DNA from: Nemertoderma westbladi
Lineage: Eukaryota > Animalia > Xenacoelomorpha
Assembly (NCBI GenBank): GCA_032718475.1
Contig: JAUCBJ010009106.1
Span: forward strand, 1-64,000
DNA: 64,000 nucleotides
Direction of reading: 5' to 3'
A program made the position numbers and the translations under genes. Below, in pieces: positions 53,221 through 62,560 of this stretch. Numbering within the stretch: the stretch's first letter is position 1; each line of letters begins with the position of its first letter. The notes below the pieces were generated by a model that was given only the letters and a program-made list of their open reading frames with translations, was not told the origin of the DNA and made no database searches.

Positions 53221-56200
53221 ATGTCAGAAGGAATTAATATACCACAAACGGGTGTATCTCACACTGGAGAGAATTCACTACAGAGTTCATCCAATACCTC
53301 ACCAGTACATGCAGCAGCAGCGCCGAGTCAACAGGGCCTATCGAACACCTCATCAGCCAATACTGCGTCAGGTCCACCCAACACCACCCCAAGCCATGTT
53401 GCACCAGGTCAGCAGTACCAGCGACAGGCTAACCAAAGCAACAGGACCAGAGGCACTGGTATGCCTGGTTACCAACAACACAACCCACGACCAACTTTGG
53501 AGCAAATGAAACGCATCCATGAATCACAGCAGAGAAACGCCAACATCAGCCGACGTACCATAGACTATAACTCATCCATAACTCTACTGTTAGAGAACCG
53601 CATCTGGCAGAGATCATGTAGCGATCGGCACATTATTCAGCCATCTGGGATGTATGCACCACTTATAACAGTACCAGCGGGATATTTAGAAAACCCATCT
53701 AATGCCATTGCAACAAAATTCTGCAGACAGAGTGTTAATAAGTTTCGGTGCCCAATATTCTGTGTGTCATGGACACCAGATGGCAAACGGCTAGTAACTG
53801 GAGCAAGCAGTGGAGAATTTACCCTCTGGAATGGTATTCAGTTTAACTTTGAGACAATATTACAAGCCCATGATGGTCCCATAAGAGCTTTGAAGTGGAG
53901 TAATGATGCCCAATGGATGATATCAGGTGATCACAATGGTTTCATAAAATACTGGCAAAACAATATGAATAACGTAAAGATGTTTCAGGCTCACAAAGAT
54001 GTCATTCGTGATGTTACTTTTTGTCCTCTTAACAGCAAATTCGCATCTTGTTCAGATGATGGAACAGTGCGAATTTGGGATTTCTTTAGATTTCATGAAG
54101 AACGTATTCTACGAGGACATGGAACTGATGTGAAATGTGTGGACTGGCATCCAACTCTCAGTGTTCTTGTTTCAGGGAGTAAAGATGCCCAACAACCCAT
54201 GAAATTGTGGGATGGCAGGACTGGGACACCACTGGCAACTCTTCATGGTCACAAAAATACTGTTCTTAAAACACTGTGGAACCGTAATGGTAACTGGCTT
54301 CTGACAGCCAGTCGTGACCATTTGTGTAAAATATGGGACATAAGAATGCTAAAGGAGATTCAGACTATGAGAGGACACCGCAAGGAGGTTTACAGTGCTG
54401 CATGGCATCCAATACATGAAACATTATTCTCATCGGGTGGTCTAGATGGTAGTATTTACTATTGGATGGTTGGCACTGACAAGGAGATTGCATGCATGGA
54501 AGAGGCACATGAAAACATTATATGGGATATGGACTGGCACCCTCTGGGTCATGTTCTAGCAACTGGATCTAATGACCACAATACAAAATTCTGGACTCGC
54601 AATCGCCCTGGTGATTCAATGCAAGACAGATATAACCGACCTGCTGTTGGCCCTATGCGCCCATTTACAACAGCCATACCAACACCGACTGAGGATGGGT
54701 TTGAAGATGGCGAAGTGGAAGCAGATGTGTCTATACCAGGAATGGGGCTGGAGGATGGTCAAGTATGGGATGAGCATGAAAGGTTCGGAGGTACAGGACA
54801 GGAAAGTATTCTTCCTGGATTACAATTCAGTAAGGAGGATTTGCAAGAGCTCGAACTACAGAGAGAGGTAGCCAGTGGATTGAGGCACAATAAGTTAATT
54901 CCATCTAGGGAGAGAGGCAGACCCAGACAATTCAGACAACCAAAACTGGACCCACGATTCCAAGCCATGTGGAATCAGTACAAACAACCACATCTTGAAA
55001 GAACGGGTGTGCCTCAATTTGAGTCAGGGCCTTCGCTACCTTCCTTATTAGATCTTGAATTTGATGCTGATGCCGATGACATGTTTTCAGGAAAAGGTGT
55101 TGGGATTGATGGTGGTGGTAGTATAGATATGCTGGGGAGACAATCAGCTTGGGAACCTAGTGGTGAGCTAATTCCAGAATATCAACATGGCGGAGAGGAA
55201 TTTGGGTTACCAGTATTTGGGAGTACAGTGCCTCCTTTTAGATCACAAGGAAGGGGCAGACTTGGGCATATGCGAGGGAGGGAACATGATCAGGATGATA
55301 GCAGTGGCAGAGGGGGTAAGCGCGGACGATTTGGCGATGTGGATAGAGATATAGTAGATCCAGTGGATGTGGATGAGGATGGGATATATCCAGAACAAAA
55401 TGTTCGAGTCATGCGCGGATCTGGAGATCAGCAAAGAGGTTTCCGTGGAGGTCGTTTTCGAGGTCACAGAGGGGAACGAGGTAGAGGGGCATTTGGGGAA
55501 GGAGGAATGGGTAGAGGAATGTTTGGAGATGAAAGTGCAGGAGTGCATGATGAACGAGGAGGTGGTGAGTATATTAGAGGAATGGGTGGTGATAGGGGTC
55601 GATTTATGCGTGGAGATAGAGGAAGAGGTCTGCTTGGAAATATGGGGGGAGGTATTGGAAGGGATAGAGGTAGGGGGTATGGTGGAGAGAGAGGTAGGGG
55701 GGTGGGGGGAGAAAGGGGCAGGGGGTATAGTGGAGAGAGAGGTAGGGGGCTGGGGGGAGAAGGTGGCAGTGGGATGGGGGGAGAAAGGGGTAGGGGTTAT
55801 AGTGGAGAGAGAGGTAGGGGGTTGGGGGGAGAAGGGGGTAGTGGGATGGGGGGAGAAAGGGGTAGGGGTTATAGTGGAGAGAGAGGTAGGGGGTTGGGGG
55901 GAGAAGGGGGTAGTGGGAGTGGGGGGAGAAAGGGGTAGGGGGTATAGTGGAGAGAGAGGTAGGGGGTTGGGGGGAGAAGGGGGTAGTGGGATGGGGGGAG
56001 AAAGGGGTAGGGGGTATAGTGGAGAGAGAGGTAGGGGGTTGGGGGGAGAAAGAGGCAGGGGGATGGGGGGAGAAAGGGTTAGGGGGGTGGGTGGAGATAT
56101 CAGAAGAGGCACGGGAGGAATCCGGGGTAGAGGAATGGGCAGACAAACCGGAGATGGATTACCTACAGGTAGTTCAGAAGATATGACCGAGAGAGGAAAT

Positions 56201-56299
56201 GAAAGCGTCGAATTTAGTACTGAAAGAGGAGGAAGTGCTAGAGGTATAAGAGGACGCGGTGGAAGGGACAGGGGTCCTAGAGGTAGATCTGGAAGATGA
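53221..56299 (+). CDS. WDR33: WDR33/Pfs2, pre-mRNA 3'-end processing WD40 protein; intronless CDS with RGG-repeat tail. One apparent +1 frameshift near 55919 (as assembled it stops at 55938; corrected length ~1025 aa)
   Basis: [98 protein letters not shown]. Confidence 0.95.
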
Positions 56300-56470
56300 T
56301 AACAAATATTGTGGTTATGTGCTGTGTAAAACCAAAACTCGGAACTTATGTCAATATTTAGGAATTCCTATGCCATTTGTATTGTATTTAGTATATAAAT
56401 ATACATATTATAACATTACATACATATTTGTTTATTGTTGCATACATATTTTGCCATTTCGGAAATGTTC

Positions 56471-56765
56471 AGGCTGACCAGGTGCATAGAGCGTTGGTCT
56501 TACAACCGGAGGGTAGTGAGTTCAACACCAAGAAAATGTACAGCCCAGTTTTCGTTAAGCTGTTCACTCTAAGGATCTAGCTTAGGCACACCCAGCTGTA
56601 ATGGGAACATGGCATATGCCTTTGGAATAAAGATAAGGAAGTGGTAGTGTATTCGAACTGAGAGTGAGTGTAGCGCCCTCCCTGCTTTAAAGGTAACAGG
56701 CAAGAGAGAGGAGTCTTCGGATTGCCTCCGGTGGTTTGTGTTTTTCACGTTCGCCGATTATTTTA
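56471..56765 (+). mobile_element. tRNA-derived SINE (degenerate)
   Basis: tRNA-like head with B-box GAGTTCAACACC; CACCCAGCTGTAATGGGAAC resembles a conserved SINE central domain. Confidence 0.55.
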
Positions 56766-56867
56766 GGTAGTACTTCACTCAATGTAACCGTTGACTTGCA
56801 GTGAGGCGCCTACTAACAAACTACACATGGAGTTTACTCGCTGTAAGTTACCAGTATTTCTACTTAC

Positions 56868-57069
56868 CTTCAGCTAACTTTGCCATCAGCTGTAAGCGAC
56901 CAGTGGTATTGAGTTCTATTCCACCCCTATCCAGTTCATCGTGGTCCAGAGATCCACCAAATACGCCATCGGTTCTTTCTGTCACATTGTTCACCTTCAT
57001 GGCTCGCCCCGCTAGTTCGAACCCGTTTAGTTGCTCCATGGCTCGCTTGGCACAGTCCCCCTCGAAGAA
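56868..57069 (-). CDS. RBM39: RBM39 exon (end of RRM2: AMEQLNGFELAGRAMKV...TGRLQLMAKLAE)
   Basis: ttgcag acceptor, G|gtaagt donor, 202 nt, phases 0->1. Confidence 0.95.
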
Positions 57070-57428
57070 CTGCAACAAAGAGTAGACGTAGACCACTAAT
57101 TACAATAGCGCAAAATAGTAAGAACTGAAACAAAGAGTAGATGTAGACCACTAATTACAATAGCGCAAAATAGTAGAACGTTTATTTCAATATCTAAAAA
57201 TAAATATTATATATTATACTATCTATAAATATTAAGTTTCACTTTCAATTAAATCGGGCCAAACAACCGTTCCGAAAAATAAATAAAAATAATAATAAAT
57301 AATCCACACTTTATTGTAGTCTTATAAAGTAATGTAATCTTGAAAAAACTTTACTCATCCGCTTCTTACAAAGTGATATAAATGCCGGTATAAACACGGT
57401 AGATCTTTACAAAGTTAAAGTAATGAGA

Positions 57429-58600
57429 ATACGGGTTGAGTGACCCGAGTATTTTCTACTACGGGTTGAGTGACCCGAGTATTTTCTACTACGGGTTGAG
57501 TGACCCGAGTATTTTCTACTACGGGTTGAGTGACCCGAGTATTTTCTACTACGGGTTGAGTGACCCGAGTATTTTCTACTACGGGTTGAGTGACCCGAGT
57601 ATTTTCTACTACGGGTTGAGTGACCTGAGTATTTTCTACTACGGGTTGAGTGACCCGAGTATTTTCTAATACGGGTTGAGTGACCCGAGTATTTTCTACT
57701 ACGGGTTGAGTGACCCGAGTATTTTCTACTACGGGTTGAGTGACCCGAGTATTTTCTACTACGGGTTGAGTGACCCGAGTATTTTCTAATACGGGTTGAG
57801 TGACCCGAGTATTTTCTACTACGCGTTGAGTGACCCGAGTATTTTCTAATACGGGTTGAGTGACCCGAGTATTTTCTACTACGCGTTGAGTGACCCGAGT
57901 ATTTTCTACTACGGGTTGAGTGACCCGAGTATTTTCTAATACGGGTTGAGTGACCCGAGTATTTTCTACTACGGGTTGAGTGACCCGAGTATTTTCTACT
58001 ACGGGTTGAGTGACCCGAGTATTTTCTACTACGGGTTGAGTGACCCGAGTATTTTCTAATACGGGTTGAGTGACCCGAGTATTTTCTACTACGCGTTGAG
58101 TGACCCGAGTATTTTCTACTACGGGTTGAGTGACCCGAGTATTTTCTACTACGGGTTGAGTGACCCGAGTATTTTCTACTACGCGTTGAGTGACCCGAGT
58201 ATTTTCTACTACGGGTTGAGTGACCCGAGTATTTTCTACTACGGGTTGAGTGACCCGAGTATTTTCTACTACGCGTTGAGTGACCCGAGTATTTTCTACT
58301 ACGCGTTGAGTGACCCGAGTATTTTCTACTACGGGTTGAGTGACCCGAGTATTTTCTACTACGCGTTGAGTGACCCGAGTATTTTCTACTACGCGTTGAG
58401 TGACCCGAGTATTTTCTACTACGCATTGAGTGACCCGAGTATTTTCTACTACGCGTTGAGTGACCCGAGTATTTTCTACTACGCGTTGAGTGACCCGAGT
58501 ATTTTCTACTACGCATTGAGTGACCCGAGTATTTTCTACTACGCGTTGAGTGACCCGAGTATTTTCTACTACGGGTTGAGTGACCCGAGTATTTTCTACT
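57429..58600. repeat. 30-bp minisatellite (~39 copies) starting at an RBM39 5' splice site
   Basis: ACGSGTTGAGTGACCCGAGTATTTTCTACT repeated. Confidence 0.97.
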
Positions 58601-58603
58601 CAC

Positions 58604-58963
58604 AGTTATAAATCCATATCCTTTTGATCTTTTAGTCTCTGGATCGTATATCAACTGGATGCTTTCTATACGTCCGAACGGCTCGAATATATCTCGAAGC
58701 ATCTTTTCGGTGATATTAAAGTGAAGAGAGCCAACGTACAATCTCATTGGTCCTGTAACACCCCGTTGAAGACTCAGTGTACTAGAAGCGGTTCTGTTTT
58801 TCTCAGCTTGGGTCGCCTGTACTTGTATGGGGACCCCCAGTAAACTCTGACCGGCTAGACCGATAGCTAGAGGTACACTCTCTGGTTCCTCGAATTCAAC
58901 GTAACATATTCCCTTGTGGGTTCGGCGAACGTTCTTATCTCCAATAAGTCGCACATCAAACAC
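58604..58963 (-). CDS. RBM39: RBM39 exon (RRM1 second half and RRM2 first half)
   Basis: KGICYVEF, QATQAEKNR, GPMRLYVGSLHFNITE, RSKGYGFIT; 360 nt, phases 0->0. Confidence 0.96.
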
Positions 58964-59172
58964 CTTAAAAATAAGGGGAAAAAACAAAATAAAAAGGTGA
59001 ATTCAGCTTCTCGGGTTTAAATGAAATTGAAAATACGATTATTTATTTAGATTGCGTCTGAACGATTATTAGCTTTTCCAGTTGTCATGGTTTTCTTCAC
59101 AACCCATAAACACAAAAATATAACCAACAGTAAACAACCTCCTGAATTAGCCGACATGCAGTAATTCAATTA

Positions 59173-59482
59173 ATCCACTCAGAGTAGATGTGAAATCAAC
59201 GGAAACTAGCCGTTTCATCTATACCAGCGGGAGTGTATCGGTAGTGCAGGGATACAATAATGTCGTAGGTGTGTATGAATGGAGATGGGTTTATTAGTGA
59301 GAGAGAATAAGGGGTGGGTGAGGGGGGGGGGAGTGGGTAAGGGGTGGGGGGGGGGGGGGTGAGTGGGTGGGGGGGGTGTTGGAGGAATACAGTCATTGAG
59401 GGGATCTGGATGCAGGTCGGCCGCGCTGGTTTAGAACAAAACGACAGTCTGCTAATATTCGCCTTTGTTCATCACTGTGGAT
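59173..59482 (-). ncRNA. Candidate long box C/D scaRNA; predicted guide for U5 snRNA Gm37
   Basis: 6-bp terminal stem ATCCAC/GTGGAT, box C GTGATGA, box D CTGA; AAAGGCGAA antisense to U5 loop I; long internal stem with G-U pairs on the minus strand. Confidence 0.65.
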
Positions 59483-59577
59483 AGGCTGACAACGTGGCGA
59501 GCAGCTAATCATCCCACTGACCAATCAGAGCTCTGTGTCTACCCTCACACAAACAACACGGACCCGTTCGTAAAGGG

Positions 59578-59672
59578 AGCGATTCAGATTGAAAACTAAG
59601 TATCATATCCCAATGTTCGGAGGAACGAATTCATCCTGGGATTATCAGTTTTATTGTTATCCACACACCGCT
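59578..59672 (-). ncRNA. Candidate box C/D guide RNA (scaRNA) for U4 snRNA Am65
   Basis: AGTTTTCAAT-CTGA: 10-nt antisense to U4 AUUGAAAACU, fifth nucleotide opposite A65; D' CTGA, stem, C' ATGATAC; box C degenerate, so the 5' end is uncertain. Confidence 0.65.
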
Positions 59673-59780
59673 GCACCAATACACCACAACACACCGCTGC
59701 ACCAATACACCAGACACACTCAGTAGATACGGGGATTCTGATTGGTTAGCAGGATAACAGCTACTTACCACTAACAGCCA

Positions 59781-59865
59781 GGCATCAGAATATTGCTACT
59801 TTAGTAACAATTGCAGCCAATCACGAGACTAATTATAATCCCAAAGCTAGCTTTCATCATTTGCC
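59781..59865 (-). ncRNA. Candidate box C/D snoRNA (85 nt), no target identified
   Basis: GGCA-A-ATGATGA ... CTGA-TGCC: canonical boxes, spacing and terminal stem; sense to the host pre-mRNA. Confidence 0.65.
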
Positions 59866-60123
59866 GAAATACAAACTAGTGAACACTAGTTAATAAAAGT
59901 TAATTTTTTCCGCTCGATTTGCTATAGAGTTGGATCATTCAAAGTCCTGTTTAAATTACTTAATACTAATAAACAAATTTTGTATAAATATAACATTACT
60001 CGATAAATATTAAATATTTTCTCATATTTCTCGAGATATTGTATTTTAGAAGCTGAATTGTGGGTACCATTCAGTGCCTCAGCTGGAATGTAATAATAAT
60101 ATCGGAATGATCACTATGGTTAC

Positions 60124-60376
60124 CTTTCCGACAGAAGAGAAGAACTCGTGAATATCCTTGGAGGTAATCCTGGCAGCCAACTGGAAACAGAACACAGTCC
60201 TTGCGTCGCGTTCCTCTTGGCTGAAGTGGATGTTGGGACCGTCCTTCCGACCCATAGGGGAAGGACTGCGGCGTTGCCAGCCGCCACCACCCCCGCCACC
60301 CCACCCGGGGCGATACGGGGCGCCACCCCCACGACGCCACTGTGGCGGCGGAGATCTGCGCCACCCTTGGGGGGAC
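60124..60376 (-). CDS. RBM39: RBM39 exon (G/W/R-rich linker and RRM1 start: EERDARTVFCFQLAARI...EFFSSVGK)
   Basis: Frame absent from the ORF track, translated by hand; 253 nt, phases 2->0; matches human EERDARTVFCMQLAARI. Confidence 0.95.
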
Positions 60377-60728
60377 CTACGGAGATAGATAATGGAAATA
60401 ATATCTTATAACTGAGTGAATAGTTAATATAGAAATGTACGTATAAAGGCAATATTAACCGTCAGTGGTTAAATTGAGGATGTGCGTATGAACACCCGCC
60501 AGAGACTATATCTATTATTACACTTGGAAGGTTTTTATTCAAATTTTGGTCCATCGAAATCAATGTGACACTTTTCGATTTGATTGTAAAACTTCCAATT
60601 TTTTGAACTAAAAGCTTTTTGAACTATGGTTAATATATTGATGTCAGTTTTTCAACAATAGTTCTCCCTCCTGCACCACTCCCTCCTGTACCGGAACCTT
60701 GTACACCAAGGTGAGTTAGGTTCCACCT

Positions 60729-60965
60729 TGGTGTAGTGGTTGCGTTGAATTCACATCTCCCGTAGGTCGTGGGTTCGATCCTTACACAGGCCAGGGCAGT
60801 TTTCGTTTCGGCACGAATGCTTTAAAGGGACCAGCCAGGGCGCATCTCTGCCTTGCATCCTTTAAGTGGTAGCTAAATGAGTACTGGAGTTTCCTCTGGG
60901 GAGTAAAGTTCTGGGGGGACCGCACTGAAAATAAGTCGTCAGACTTTGTGCGTAATCCCCGAATG
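60729..60965 (+). mobile_element. tRNA-derived SINE with conserved central domain and LINE-like 3' stem-loop
   Basis: A-box TGGTGTAGTGG, B-box GGTTCGATCC, GCCTTGCATCCTT...AAATGAGTAC core, tail at 60917-60958. Confidence 0.75.
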
Positions 60966-60992
60966 GTTTATATATTATGCCTATGTAATAGG

Positions 60993-61434
60993 ACATTTTG
61001 ATAATGCTCTCCATAGCGAAAAATATCAACCGCCCCTGGTCCGGTTATCATCAGTCGGGTGGGTGTCCTAAGACAACTGAGCTACCAGAATGAATGAATA
61101 TTTATTCGCTATGGAGTGGGCTATCATATTTTGGCCTTTTACAGATACTCAAAGTGAAGTACAACACGGAATATAGTTATTCTTTGAGGCATGGTTGCCA
61201 TTTCTGGATGAGCACGGGAATAACGTTGTACTTACCTTTCAGTGACTGTAAAAGGCCACGATATTGTAGCCCACTCAATTGCGAATAAATACTCATCCGC
61301 CCTGGTAGCTCAGTTGTATTGCAGTAGGACACCCACCCGGGTGATGATAACCGGAAGTTTGAAATCTAGATACCGGGTCGAGCCCCAATAGGGGCGGTTG
61401 ATATTTTTTGCTATGGAGAGCATTATCATAATGT
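60993..61434. repeat. Inverted pair of tRNA-like repeats (60993-61110 vs 61281-61434)
   Basis: Arms are reverse complements; the right arm has GGTAGCTCAGTTG and GGGTCGAGCCCC motifs. Confidence 0.7.
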
Positions 61435-61955
61435 AATATAACATATATTTAATTTGCCGTCACCCACCCCACAACAATTCATTTATAATTCCAACCTTTT
61501 ATTCTTCGGGAGATTCAAAAAATCCAAGCGCCACCATGTATTGAGTAGTCAGTCAAGTCATAAAAAGTGTTGAGATAAGTTCATTTTATTCAGGAAAATT
61601 GACATTGTAGTGCCGTGAAATAAAGTGACAGAATATGCGACAAAGTACGTGATGTTATTCGACACTTGGGACAAAATACACGAAGGTCGGGCAAAGATGC
61701 CAAAATAAATCCTCAGTTAAAAATCCATTTAGTTGTGTAAAATAAAGTGTAATTTCTGGAATGATTAGCAATGCAATCCTAAAAGATAATCTGAATTAGT
61801 TACGGTGAACTATTAGCTGAATATAACCTCTCGCCATAATCGCAATAAATTTATTGTTAATCTGTAATTGTGTATTATACTCTGTATATTTGTTCCTTTT
61901 GAAATTGACCCCGCCTGGGGGTGTATATTATAATATTATAAGTTGAAGTACTTAC

Positions 61956-62204
61956 CGTCTTCCGGAGCGGTATGGGCTCCGTCTTCTGGGCGGAGTTCGG
62001 GATCTCCGTCGACGTCCCGGGGACGAACGCCTTCGACCGGGGCTGCGAGACCGTCTACGGTGGGGACTCGAACGTCTGTGAGGGGAAGGGGACCGGCGTC
62101 TGTGCGGGGAAGGGGACCGGCGTCTGTGTGGGGAAGGAGACCGCCGCCGGGAACGGGAGGGCGATGTGCGACCTCTGGGAGAGTGGGAACGCCGTGTAGA
62201 CCGT
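61956..62204 (-). CDS. RBM39: RBM39 RS-domain exon (RSTRRSHSPR...RRRSPSPHRRRSPSPH...)
   Basis: tttctctag acceptor, CG|gtaagt donor, 249 nt, phases 2->2, open Arg/Ser/Pro frame joining the next exon. Confidence 0.9.
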
Positions 62205-62422
62205 CTAGAGAAACAAACAAATCCGGAGTTAGAGGGAGGGGAAAAGGCAGGTCAGTACCGGTAGGTGAACGGTGCAGCACAGTGAACAGGGAGGCCAATT
62301 GGGTTGTCGTTTCAGCCTATTTTAACGAGACGGGGGGGGGGGGGGGGGGGGGGGCTGGACGCAAATCCTATATTGGCGAATTAATATCCCGCCGCAATGT
62401 TAAATTCTCAATTTAGGGAAAG

Positions 62423-62560
62423 GAGCAGGTTACAGTGGCACGTTATTTTAACAAAAACAATAAACTAAACACAATAGAACAGGTTACAGTTTTATTTTTG
62501 AGAGTTATCATCTGTTATTCGCGTCCAATTTCCCCTGGAGAGGGATGAATTTTTATTGCG
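62423..62560 (+). repeat. Interspersed repeat family member
   Basis: Similar to 25003-25135. Confidence 0.7.

Noticed and set aside
55243-56186. Alternative-frame and antisense ORFs over the WDR33 tail
   Set aside because: Shadows of the purine-rich RGG repeat, except the part of 55367-56299 after the frameshift, which is the likely true C-terminus.
59789-59850. rRNA or U4 targets for the orphan snoRNA (8-nt matches such as GCTTTGGG, CTGCAATT, TAGCAATA)
   Set aside because: Matches are short and do not place a modification I know of at the +5 position; left as orphan.
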